Below are positions 46,052 to 56,314 of a stretch of DNA of 64,000 nt, piece after piece. The notes below the pieces were generated by a model that was given only the letters and a program-made list of their open reading frames with translations, had not been told where the DNA came from and did not search any database. Position numbers and translations under genes: made by a program. Source of the DNA: Alphaproteobacteria bacterium (GTDB lineage: Bacteria; Pseudomonadota; Alphaproteobacteria; UBA828); NCBI GenBank assembly GCA_965214705.1, contig OZ243972.1, positions 3,904,001 to 3,968,000 on the forward strand, in the 5' to 3' direction. How positions within the stretch are numbered: position 1 is the first letter of the stretch; each line of letters opens with the position of its first letter.

Positions 46052-49000
46052 CCCTCGATCATCGCCGCGCGCCCGGACTTTAGCGGCTCGTAGAGCCGGC
46101 GCACGACCGCGCCCGCCTGATCGAGACCGACGCCCGTGCCATCCACCACCGCGATCGGCTTCTTCCTGGCCTGCTTGATCATGCGCATGGTGGCGTAACG
46201 CGGCGTGCTGCCGCCGGTTTGTATTGTGAGTAGCGCCGGCGCCGGCAAAGAGAGCTGCTGGCGCATGCCGCCTTCCAGCTCGCGGGTGACGGTCATCGCG
46301 TCTGCGCCGTCCCACTCGATGCCGAGTACGACCGCCGCATGCGGCAGGTCCAGGATGCGGGCCAGCGCCGAGCCCGTGGCACCGTGGCCGAGATCGGCTG
46401 ACTGCGCGCCGGTGAGTACGATGTCCGGCGTCTCCTGCGCGGCGACGCCCGCCAGCACGCGGGCGAGGGTCACGGGGTCGGCGTCCCGCAGGCTCTCGTC
46501 CCACACCCGCACGCCCCGGTGCGCGCCCTTGGCGAGGGCGCGGCGCAGAGTCTCCTCGGCATCGTCCGGGCCGATGGTGACGGCAACCACCTCGCCCGCG
46601 TCGAGCTTCTCGGTCAGCAGCAGCGCTTCCTCCAGCGCCGCCTCGTCCCACTCGTTCAACTCGTACTCGAAGTGCTCGTCGGCGATCGTGCGGTTGGCTT
46701 CGTCGATCGCGAACTCGGGGTTCAGCTCGCCGACCCGCTTGACCGCGACCAGCACGCGGGGGCCGTCCTTCGCCGGCACCTCGTAGGGAGGCAGCGTCGC
46801 CGGGCTAACCGGCGCAGCCCGCCACGGGCCGGCGGCGGGCGCCGCCTCAGCCTGCTGCTCGGGCGTGGGCGCCGGCTGCGGCGCTGCGGCGGCTGCGGCA
46901 AGCGCGGGCGCCCGGTCGGCAAGCTCGCTCAGCACCCGCTCCGTCACGGTTTCGGCGAGACGCTCGGCCAGGCGGTCCGCCACGGTATCGGCGATACGGG
47001 TCGCGGCAGCCTCGGTGATACGATCGACCAGCGCCGGCACCTCCTTGAGGTCGATGCTCTTCAGGTCGATGGCCTCGGCCACCAGCTCCGCCAGGTCCTG
47101 GACGACGAAGTCGCTCTCGTGGCCGCTGGTCTTGCGGGCATCCTCGAACATGGTCAGGTCCTTGGGGCAGCAAACGACGAACGTGTCGAGATTACCGAGA
47201 GACGCCGCTTCGTGCATCCGGTTCTCGGCGGGCCGTTCCTTGCCGACGGGATCGGGGATCCAGATGCGTCCGCCGCCGGCGCCGCAGCAGAAGGAGTTGT
47301 CGCGGCAGCGCGGCATGTCGACCAGCTCGCAGCCGATCAGCTCCAGCACCCGGCGCGGCTCGTCGTAGTGGCCGTTGAACCGGCCGAGATGGCAGGGGTC
47401 GTGGAGCGTCACCCGCCTGCCGAGGGGCTTGACGACGGTGAGCCGCCCGCTCTCCAGTAGCTCGGCGAGGACGCTCGTGTAGTGGCGGATGGGCGCGACC
47501 TCGCCGAAGTCGGGATACTCGTTGCGGATGGTGTTGTAGCTGTGGGGGTCGGTGGTGACGATCGAGTCGAACTGCTTGGCCGCGCCCATCGCCGCCAGGT
47601 TGTGCTCTGCGAGGGATTCGAAGAGCCCTTCCTCGCCGACCCGGCGCACATCGTTGCCTGCGGTCCGCTCGCTCTCGTAGAGCAGGCCGAAGTCGAGGCC
47701 GGCAGCACGGAAAAGCCGCGCGACGGTACGCGAGACGTCCTGGTTGCGCGGGTCGTAGGAGGCGTAGTCGCCGACGAACCAGAGGTTTTCGGCGGGCTCG
47801 GCCCGGACATCCTTGACCGGGAACTCCAGGGCGGAGGTCCAGCCACCACGGCTGCGCGGACTCTCGCCAAAGCTGTTGCCGCGGTTGGCGATCATGTCGA
47901 GGGTATCGCGGAGCTGCTGCTCCATGGCGCCGTCCTCGACCAGCTGACGCCGCATCTGCACGATCATCGGCGGGTGCTCGATGCCGACCGGGCAGATCTC
48001 CATGCAGGCGCCACAGGAGCGGCAGGACCAGAGCGTCTCCGCCTCGATCACGTCGCCGATCAGCGCCGCGCCGTTCGCCCCCGGCCTGAAGGCGCTCTGC
48101 GCGGCATGGGCGCGCAGGTCGAGGACCAGATCGCGCGGGCTGAGCGGTGCGCCGCTGGCGGTGGCCGGGCAGGCCTCGTGGCAGCGTCCGCACTTGGTGC
48201 AGGCGTCGAGGTTGAGCAGGTCCTTCCACGAGAACTGGGCGATGCTGCCGAAGCCGACTTCCGGCTCGGCGTCGTCTGCGACGGCCCCGCGAGCGGGCGC
48301 GGGCTTGGGCAGGCGGCGCAGGGCGAGGGCATCGCGGGTCGAGAGCGAGCCGAGCACGGCGAGGATGTGCTTGGCCTTGGTCCAGGGAATGCCCGCAATG
48401 AAGGCCAGGGCTGCGATGCCGTGAATCCACCAATTGGCCCGGCGCACGGCCGCGGCAGCGGCTTCGTCCATGCCGAGCCCCAGGAAGATCTGGGCGAGCA
48501 CCCAGCCGACCGGCGACCACGGCCCCCAGGGAGGCTGGTCCATGGCGAGGCGCACGGCCTCCTGCAGGAAGCCGGTCACCCCGATCAGCAGCAGCGCCCA
48601 CAGGAACAGCGTGTCGTCCCACTCCCAGGCGCGGGCGCGCGGGCGTGTCTCCGTTTCGCCGCGATACTCCCGCCGGTAGGCGAGTTTTGGGGGCCGGACC
48701 TGCCAGCGGCGCCACATCATGTAGACGACGCCCACGATCAGCCCGAGGCCGGCGAGATCAGCGATCAGGCTGAAGGCGAGGTAGAAGTCGCCGTGCCAGA
48801 AGGTGAAGCCGAAGAAGGGCTCCGAAATGTCGTACTCGACCGTGATGATGCTGGTGGCGGCCAGCAGCAGGAGAAAGCCGTAGAGGATCGGCGTGTGGGC
48901 ATGGCCGGCGGCCCGGTCGCGCCGGTGCACGGTCCGCTGAGAGAAGACGTCGAACACCATGCGCCAGAAGCCGCGCCACGGGTGGACGGGGACCGGGCTG

Positions 49001-49134
49001 CGCCGTGCGCGAGCGTAGCGGTAGACGTGCCAAACGACGCCGGCGAAGGCGACTGCCATCGCCGCGCCCGCCACCACGAAGAAGAGGGTGTGGCCGAGGG
49101 AGCTTATCTCCCAGAAGAGTTCGCGAGTTTCCAA
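45988..49134 (-). CDS. FadF/HdrD-like membrane Fe-S oxidoreductase fused to ETF beta subunit
   Basis: N-terminal TM region, CTKCGRCHEACP, CRSCGACMEICP, HDPC/CCG domains, Ala/Pro linker, then VLVAVK..LNEWDEAALEEAL EtfB domain; TTG start. Confidence 0.88.
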   Translation of the reverse strand: METRELFWEISSLGHTLFFVVAGAAMAVAFAGVVWHVYRYARARRSPVPVHPWRGFWRMVFDVFSQRTVHRRDRAAGHAHTPILYGFLLLLAATSIITVEYDISEPFFGFTFWHGDFYLAFSLIADLAGLGLIVGVVYMMWRRWQVRPPKLAYRREYRGETETRPRARAWEWDDTLFLWALLLIGVTGFLQEAVRLAMDQPPWGPWSPVGWVLAQIFLGLGMDEAAAAAVRRANWWIHGIAALAFIAGIPWTKAKHILAVLGSLSTRDALALRRLPKPAPARGAVADDAEPEVGFGSIAQFSWKDLLNLDACTKCGRCHEACPATASGAPLSPRDLVLDLRAHAAQSAFRPGANGAALIGDVIEAETLWSCRSCGACMEICPVGIEHPPMIVQMRRQLVEDGAMEQQLRDTLDMIANRGNSFGESPRSRGGWTSALEFPVKDVRAEPAENLWFVGDYASYDPRNQDVSRTVARLFRAAGLDFGLLYESERTAGNDVRRVGEEGLFESLAEHNLAAMGAAKQFDSIVTTDPHSYNTIRNEYPDFGEVAPIRHYTSVLAELLESGRLTVVKPLGRRVTLHDPCHLGRFNGHYDEPRRVLELIGCELVDMPRCRDNSFCCGAGGGRIWIPDPVGKERPAENRMHEAASLGNLDTFVVCCPKDLTMFEDARKTSGHESDFVVQDLAELVAEAIDLKSIDLKEVPALVDRITEAAATRIADTVADRLAERLAETVTERVLSELADRAPALAAAAAAPQPAPTPEQQAEAAPAAGPWRAAPVSPATLPPYEVPAKDGPRVLVAVKRVGELNPEFAIDEANRTIADEHFEYELNEWDEAALEEALLLTEKLDAGEVVAVTIGPDDAEETLRRALAKGAHRGVRVWDESLRDADPVTLARVLAGVAAQETPDIVLTGAQSADLGHGATGSALARILDLPHAAVVLGIEWDGADAMTVTRELEGGMRQQLSLPAPALLTIQTGGSTPRYATMRMIKQARKKPIAVVDGTGVGLDQAGAVVRRLYEPLKSGRAAMIEGDAAAVAKTIADIIRDKRGEV

Positions 49135-49165
49135 CCGCTCACCCGGCCTTCATAAGGCCTGACCG

Positions 49166-49873
<708 letters not shown>

Positions 49874-50626
49874 TCAGGCGGTTCCCAGATAGGCTTCGAT
49901 CACCGCCGGATCGGACCGGATTTCGTCCGGCGTGCCTTCCGCCAGAAGCTCGCCGAAGCTCAGCACCGTGATCTGGTCGCAAAGCCCCATGACCGCCTGC
50001 ATGTCATGCTCGACCAGGAGGATGGTCACGCCTTGGCTACGCACGCGCTCGACCAGCACCATCATCTGCCGCGTCTCTTCGGGGTTCATGCCGGTGAAGG
50101 GTTCGTCGAGCAATATCAGCTTGGGCTCGGCCGCCAGCGCCACCGCGATGCCCAGAGCCCGTTGGTTGCCGTGCGGCAGGTTGACCGTCTCGTCGTCGCG
50201 ACGGTCGCCCAGGCCCATGAACTCAAGAATTTCTATGGCGCGTGCCTCCGACTCCCGTTCGGCATGACGACTGGTGCCCAGCAACGCGCTGAACGGGCCC
50301 ACCTTCGATTGCATGTGGCAGCCGATCAGCACATTCTCCAGGACGGTGAGTTCCTGGAACAGAGTGGTCGCCTGAAAGGTGCGGACCACGCCCCGCGCCG
50401 CGATCCGGCTCGGGCGCAGCCCAGATATCTTGCGGCCGCCGAACGCGATGTCGCCGGCGGTCGGCTTGTAGTAGCCGCTGATGACGTTGAAGGTCGTGGT
50501 CTTGCCGGCGCCGTTGGGGCCGATCAGCCCGTGAATCGCGCCCTCGTCCACGGTGAAGGTGAGGTTGTTCACGGCGGCCAGGCCGCCGAAATGCCGGGAC
50601 AGTTCGCGAACTTCGAGCAGGCTCAT
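49874..50626 (-). CDS. livG: Branched-chain amino acid ABC ATP-binding protein (LivG-like)
   Basis: FGGL.A, GPNGAGKTT, RTFQ, LVEHDM and VIEAYLG. Confidence 0.92.
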   Translation of the reverse strand: MSLLEVRELSRHFGGLAAVNNLTFTVDEGAIHGLIGPNGAGKTTTFNVISGYYKPTAGDIAFGGRKISGLRPSRIAARGVVRTFQATTLFQELTVLENVLIGCHMQSKVGPFSALLGTSRHAERESEARAIEILEFMGLGDRRDDETVNLPHGNQRALGIAVALAAEPKLILLDEPFTGMNPEETRQMMVLVERVRSQGVTILLVEHDMQAVMGLCDQITVLSFGELLAEGTPDEIRSDPAVIEAYLGTA

Positions 50627-50720
50627 GGGCGTTGCGGCGGTTCAGACTCACAATCGTGACATGCGGCAGCCTAAACCCGCACCACGCGCTGCGCCATAAG
50701 AGATCGTGTGTGGGGGCGGC

Positions 50721-51920
50721 TTAGCCCCCGGCCGCAGCAAGGGCCTGCTCCAGGTCGGCGCGCAGGTCTTCCTCCGCCTCCAGCCCAACCGAGAGGCGCA
50801 CCAGACCGTCGCCGATCCCGAGCGTTGCCCGCGCGTCCGCGCCGATCTTCTGATGCGTGGTGCTGGCGGGATGGGTGGCGAGGCTCTTGGCATCGCCCAG
50901 GTTGTTGGAAATGTCGATCAGCTCCAGCGCATCGAGAAGGCGAAAGGCGGCGTCCCACCCACCCGCGAGCTCGAAGGCGATCACGCTGCCGCCCCGGCTC
51001 ATCTGCCGCGCCGCGAGCGCGTGCTGGGGATGGCTCGCGAGACCCGGATAGTGCACGGCCGCCACGGCCGGGTGGCCTTCGAGAAACGCCGCGAGCCGCT
51101 CCGCCGTCTCACACATGCGAGCCGTGCGCAGCTCCAGGGTCTCCAGGCCCTTCAGCATGACCCAGGCGTTGAAGGGGCTCATGACCGGCCCCGTGGTGCG
51201 CATGAAGGGCACGAGATCGTCGGCGAAGAACGTCTCGTCGCCTAGGATGGCGCCGCCCAGGCAGCGGCCCTGGCCGTCAATGTGCTTGGTCGTGGAATAG
51301 ACGACGATGTCGGCGCCGAGGGCGAAGGGGCGCTGCACGGTCGGAATGCCGAGCACGTTGTCCACGACGACGCGGGCGCCGACGCCGTGCGCGAGTGCCG
51401 AGACCGCAGCGATGTCGACGACCGGCATGGTCGGGTTGCCGGGGCTTTCGAGGAAGATGCAGCGGGTCTCCGGCCTGAGCGCGCGCTCCCACGCGCCGAG
51501 GTCGGTGCCGTCCACGAGATCGGTCTCGATGCCGTAGCGCGGCAACAGCTGGTCGATCACCACGTAGCAGGCGCCGAACATGACGCGGGAGGCAACAACG
51601 TGGTCGCCGGCGCGCAGCTGGCTCATCAGGGCCGCGAAGACTGCCGCCATGCCGGTGGCGGTCGCCTGGCAGGCTTCGGCGCCCTCGACCAGCGCGAGAC
51701 GATCCTCGAACATGGTGACGGTGGGGTTGCCGAAGCGGCCGTAGACGTACCCGGCCTCTTCGTCCGCCGTGCGCGCATTGCCCTGTGCGGCGGACTCGTA
51801 GACGAAGCCCGAGGTCAGGTAGAGTGCCTCGTTCGTTTCGCCATGTTGCGAGCGCTCGATCCCGCCCCGCACCAGTTGTGTGGCCTGTGACCAGGCTCGC
51901 TCGCGTGTCCTCCGCCCCAT
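50721..51920 (-). CDS. metZ: O-succinylhomoserine sulfhydrylase
   Basis: RSQHGET.EALYLTSG, YGRFGNPTV, YSTTKHIDGQGR and ISNNLGDAKS. Confidence 0.92.
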   Translation of the reverse strand: MGRRTRERAWSQATQLVRGGIERSQHGETNEALYLTSGFVYESAAQGNARTADEEAGYVYGRFGNPTVTMFEDRLALVEGAEACQATATGMAAVFAALMSQLRAGDHVVASRVMFGACYVVIDQLLPRYGIETDLVDGTDLGAWERALRPETRCIFLESPGNPTMPVVDIAAVSALAHGVGARVVVDNVLGIPTVQRPFALGADIVVYSTTKHIDGQGRCLGGAILGDETFFADDLVPFMRTTGPVMSPFNAWVMLKGLETLELRTARMCETAERLAAFLEGHPAVAAVHYPGLASHPQHALAARQMSRGGSVIAFELAGGWDAAFRLLDALELIDISNNLGDAKSLATHPASTTHQKIGADARATLGIGDGLVRLSVGLEAEEDLRADLEQALAAAGG

Positions 51921-51957
51921 ATGCAAAAACCCCGGCCGCGCTGGCCGGGGTCCCTCC

Positions 51958-52022
51958 CTTCGACCTTTTAGCGCGCTTGTTTAGCGTGGCCGCAAGCCGG
52001 TCGCTCAAATCGCCACGTGAAT
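51958..52022 (-). promoter_or_regulatory. SAM-II (SAM_alpha) riboswitch
   Basis: Minus strand CGTGGCGATTTGAGCGACCGGCTTGCGGCCACGCTAAACAAGCGCGCTAAAAG, immediately upstream of metZ. Confidence 0.85.
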
Positions 52023-52178
52023 GAACTAGAAACCACGACAGGGCCCCGAGTCAAGGACTTGACCAAAACGCTTGCCTCCAGCGCCAGGCGCTGATGCGAA
52101 GAATTGGCCGTGCCCGGAGCCGGGCGCTATAGTGCGCGCGGCCCCGCGGCAGCGATACGCCGCGTCGTGCGGGCCGGT

Positions 52179-52255
<77 letters not shown>

Positions 52256-52384
52256 TTTTCCTGCCAACCCAAGGCCAGAGTCCGCGCTGTGGTGGCGGGG
52301 CAGGGGGACGGACGGCCATGCACGGTGCGATGACTTGGCAGGAGGAACGTGCGCGATGAGCACTCGGCAAGAAGTGGCCGACCG

Positions 52385-53230
52385 ATGAGCGCACGCAGCT
52401 ACTTCACGCCGGTGGCGGGCCTTCCGCCGCAGCAGACGCTGTTGACCGATCGCGCCGTGATTACCGAGGCGTACACGGTCATTCCGCGCGGCGTGCTGCG
52501 CGACATCGTCACCAGCTACTTCCCGCACTGGCAGGGCGCTCGCGCGTGGGTGCTGTCGCGTCCGGTCGCGGGTTTCGCGACGACGTTTTCCCAGTCCATC
52601 GTCGAGCTCGAGCCAGGCGGCGGCAGCGAGCGGCCCGAGCCGGACGGCCACGTCGAATGCGTGCTGTTCGTCATGGCCGGTAAATTGCGGCTCACGCTCG
52701 ATAATGCAGATCACACGCTGTCACCCGGCGGCTATGCCTACGTCGCGGCGGGAACGCGCTGGACGGTCGCCAACGCTGGACCCGAGCCCGCCTGCTTCCA
52801 CTGGATCCGAAAGGCGTATCAGCTCCTGGACGGTATCGATGCGCCCGAGTGCTTCGTTACCTCCGACCACGATGTCGAGCCGGTGCCGATGCCGGACACA
52901 GACGGCGCCTGGGCGACCACGCGATTCGTAGACTCGGGCGACCTGCGCCACGACATGCACGTGAACATCGTGACCTTTCAGCCGGGAGGGTCCATTCCCT
53001 TCGCCGAGACCCACGTCATGGAGCACGGGCTCTACGTGCTCGAGGGCAAGGCCGTGTACCGGCTCAACCAGGATTGGGTGGAGGTCGAGGCCGGTGACTA
53101 CATGTGGCTGCGCGCCTTCTGTCCCCAGGCCTGCTACGCCGGCGGACCGGGGCTCTTCCGTTACCTGCTGTACAAGGATGTGAACCGCATTCCAACGCTC
53201 CCCGTCCCCGGAGCGCCCGCGCCCGCGTAG
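52385..53230 (+). CDS. allE: (S)-ureidoglycine aminohydrolase (bicupin)
   Basis: GLPPQ..LLTDRA..TEAY, DLRHDMHVNIV, ETHVMEHG and YLLYKDVNR. Confidence 0.9.
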   Translation: MSARSYFTPVAGLPPQQTLLTDRAVITEAYTVIPRGVLRDIVTSYFPHWQGARAWVLSRPVAGFATTFSQSIVELEPGGGSERPEPDGHVECVLFVMAGKLRLTLDNADHTLSPGGYAYVAAGTRWTVANAGPEPACFHWIRKAYQLLDGIDAPECFVTSDHDVEPVPMPDTDGAWATTRFVDSGDLRHDMHVNIVTFQPGGSIPFAETHVMEHGLYVLEGKAVYRLNQDWVEVEAGDYMWLRAFCPQACYAGGPGLFRYLLYKDVNRIPTLPVPGAPAPA

Positions 53231-53319
53231 GGCCAGGCGGTCCGTCGCCGACGGAATTCCCAGGCGGGGGTCGCCCGGAACCGACTGCCCCCTCGTCGTG
53301 GACGACGGACACCCTGCAC

Positions 53320-54114
53320 ATGCCCCTGGCGCAGATCGAAGGCGGCGACATCCACTACGAGGAAAGCGGCAGCGGCGCGGTGCTGGCGATGCTGCTGCCG
53401 CAGAGTACCGGGCCAATCGGCGTGGGTCCGTTTTGCGACAGATTGGAGGGACGCTTCCGGGTGGTCCGCTACGACCAGCGCGGCACCGGCCGCAGCGGAC
53501 CCGTGGCCGTGCCCGAGGGCATGACCATGGCGGGCCGCGCGGCGGAGCTTGCGCAGCTTTTCGACGCGCTGGAGATCGACAGAGCGCACCTGTTTTGCCA
53601 CTCCACCGGCTGCGGCATCGGCCTGTCGCTGGCCGCGGCCTGCCCGGACCGGGTTGCCGGGCTGGTGCTGGCAAATCCGTGGAGCCACGGCGATGCGCAT
53701 CTGACAGCGATGCAACGTCTGCGCGTGGCGGCCGCGCGGGCGCTCGACCCGTACTGCTACGCTTGGTTCAACGCCAGCCTGCTGTTTCCGCCCGACTACC
53801 GTCGCGCGCACGCAGAGGCATTCGAGAATTTAGCCCGGAACGCGGCGCCGCAGGATGCCGACCGGATCGAGGGCAGGCTGGAGGCGATCCTGGCTTTCGA
53901 CGCTCGACCGCTGGCACCGGGCCTGACTTGCCCCACCCTGGTCGTGACTGCGGCCGATGACCAGCTGATGCCGCCCTGGTTCGGCGCGGAACTCGCGGCG
54001 CTGTTCCCCGGTGCGGCCCATCGCGCGCTGGACGGCGGCGGCCACATGCTGCCGGAGACGCGCGGCGACGCGCTGGCCAGCACGGTTACGGAATTTTTCG
54101 ACAGGGTATCCTGA
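53320..54114 (+). CDS. Alpha/beta hydrolase (RutD-like)
   Basis: YDQRGTGRS, CHSTG nucleophile elbow and GGGH. Confidence 0.82.
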   Translation: MPLAQIEGGDIHYEESGSGAVLAMLLPQSTGPIGVGPFCDRLEGRFRVVRYDQRGTGRSGPVAVPEGMTMAGRAAELAQLFDALEIDRAHLFCHSTGCGIGLSLAAACPDRVAGLVLANPWSHGDAHLTAMQRLRVAAARALDPYCYAWFNASLLFPPDYRRAHAEAFENLARNAAPQDADRIEGRLEAILAFDARPLAPGLTCPTLVVTAADDQLMPPWFGAELAALFPGAAHRALDGGGHMLPETRGDALASTVTEFFDRVS

Positions 54115-54219
54115 ACCCTTCAGCCGCGTCCGTGCGGTGACGAGGCTTGTTCATGAACGCAGACCAAGAGGCTCGATTCTCTACGCCCGATGTCGCGTAT
54201 TCGAGATGGCGGGCGGTGG

Positions 54220-55167
54220 TCAGCGCCGGGCTTTGTCCCTGGCGAGGTGGCGGAACAGCTCCTCCTCGCGTTCCTTGAGCAACGCCGCGCCGTCGCGCGC
54301 GCTCCAGTCGTACAACCCCCGGCCTGAGGGCAGGCCGCGATGCCCCGCATCCACCAGCTGGGTCACCGCCGCAGCGGGCTGAGAGTTCGTATTCAGGTGC
54401 GGGATGAGGTACGCGCCGAACGCGTGCAGCGTATCGAGGCCGCCGACGTCGGCAGACTCGATGGGGCCGGTGATCGCGAGACGCCGCCCGATGGAGGCTT
54501 TCACCACCGTGTCGATCGCCTTGGCCGACGCCGCGCCCTCTGCCCAAAGCGCCCAGGCCTCGCGCAGGATCGCGTACTGAAGCCGGTTGCCGATGAAGCC
54601 CGGAACCTCCTTGTCGACGATCACCGGCTCCTTCCCGGCCGCCCGCAGCACGTCGCAGAGCCAGGGCGCCACGTCCGGATCGGTCTCCGGTCCGGCGCAG
54701 ACTTCGACCAGGGGAATGAGCTGCGGCGGGTACCAGAAGTGGGCGGCGACCACACGCCCGCGATGCGTGACGTTAGACACGAGCTCGCTCGCGGGCTGCC
54801 CGCTCCCAGAGGCGAAGACGGCGGGCGGCGCGCAGATCGTGTCGAGCCGCCCGTACACCTCGTCCTGGACCGCACGATCGGCTGGCACCGCCTCGAGGAC
54901 GAGCTGCGCCGCCGCCGCGTCCTCGAGATCGGTCGAGGTCCGGATGCGTCCCAGGGTGGCGCTCACGTCACCGGACGTGACGAGCCCGTGTGCTTCGAAG
55001 GCGGCGAGGCTCTTCGCAATCCTCTCCATCGCCGCGGCGAGGCTCCCCTCGCGCCGGCCGATCATGACGACCCGGTGGCCCACAGCCGCGAAAATCTGGG
55101 CCATGCCGTGGCCGACGAGGCCGTTGCCCACGACGGCGACGGTATCGAGCGTTGCAGGAACAGTCAT
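54220..55167 (-). CDS. 3-hydroxyacyl-CoA dehydrogenase family protein
   Basis: GNGLVG, EAVP, HFWYPP.LIPLVEV and PGFIGNRLQ. Confidence 0.9.
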   Translation of the reverse strand: MTVPATLDTVAVVGNGLVGHGMAQIFAAVGHRVVMIGRREGSLAAAMERIAKSLAAFEAHGLVTSGDVSATLGRIRTSTDLEDAAAAQLVLEAVPADRAVQDEVYGRLDTICAPPAVFASGSGQPASELVSNVTHRGRVVAAHFWYPPQLIPLVEVCAGPETDPDVAPWLCDVLRAAGKEPVIVDKEVPGFIGNRLQYAILREAWALWAEGAASAKAIDTVVKASIGRRLAITGPIESADVGGLDTLHAFGAYLIPHLNTNSQPAAAVTQLVDAGHRGLPSGRGLYDWSARDGAALLKEREEELFRHLARDKARR

Positions 55168-55265
55168 CGACCTCTCCTTCCCATGCGGTTGCCGCCGCGC
55201 CGAGCCAATCCTCAAGCCGCAATGCTACCGCCAACACCGTCAGCATAAGCGAGGCTACTGTTCTT

Positions 55266-55511
55266 TCAGCGCCACACCGCGCGGACCACGCTCAAGTAGT
55301 TCTCGCCCAGGATACCCCGCACCTCCCGTTCGGCGTATCCGCGCTCCAGCAGGCCTTCGGTCACCTCGGGCAGTTGTTCGGGCTGGAAGAACGCGGTCAG
55401 CGGCTTCTCATAGTCTGCCCAGTATTTTTCCTTGTTTGCCTCGAAGACGCGGGTGAAGCCTTCGACGTCGTAGACGAGGTCAATCCCGAGCCCGACATGC
55501 TCGGGACCCAT
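55266..55511 (-). pseudogene. C-terminal remnant of a membrane dipeptidase (M19)
   Basis: GPEHVGLGID and LLERGY.E.EVRGILGENYL.V; N-terminal part absent. Confidence 0.75.
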
Positions 55512-56111
55512 CCAGTGGGCGGCGTCCGAGGGCGAGAGCGATACGGGTGTTGCTCGCTAGAGCATTTTTCGATCTTAGAGAATCTTTAGAATTTTCAATC
55601 GCTTGGAAATGTGATTCAAGACGCGGGCTGGTGAAGGAGGCCAGCCTGCATGACACGACCTCTTTCGAATGATCTGCGCCGCCGGGTGGTGACGGCGGTG
55701 GTCGATGGCGGCATGTCCCGCCGGGGCGCGGCGAGACGCTTCGGCATCGCGCCGTCGACGGCGATCAAGTGGGTCGATGCCTGGCGCCGCACGGGCAGCT
55801 ATCGGCCGAGGGCGCAGGGCGGCGACAGGCGCTCGCAGCGGATCGAGGCGCGGGCCGAGGTGGTCCTCGCACTGGTGGAAGAGACCCCGGACATGACGCT
55901 GGCGGAGATCACCACCCATCTGGAGGACGAGCACGGGCTGCGGGTCTCCCAGAGCACCGTATGGCGCTTCTTCCACCGCCGGGGCATCACCTTCAAAAAC
56001 AGACATGGCCGGCGTGTAGCGATCCACCCCGGATGATGAAAGTCCGGTGCCTCGGTCGAGGGAATGAACGCTGCCCCTGCGTGGCATAGCGGCATTAGAG
56101 TCACGGTCGGT

Positions 56112-56288
56112 GGAGGCGGCACAATGGCCGTCGTTTTAGTGGTGAGCACTGCTTCCCGATCAAAAACTGGCCCCGGCCGGTCGGCTCCGAGCCCCGGATT
56201 GTTCCCGGCCGCCGAGCCGTGGACGCGCGGCAAACCGCACCGCACCCGAGGCGGGTGTGTGTTCAGTCCGACCGGCCCGTCCGCCTCC
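56112..56288 (+). ncRNA. Candidate bridge RNA
   Basis: Nested stems GGAGGCGG/CCGCCTCC and GGCCGGTCGG/CCGACCGGCC enclosing segments that match the target flanks and donor junction. Confidence 0.7.
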
Positions 56289-56314
56289 GCCTTCCCCAAG
56301 CGAGAGGTGAGATC

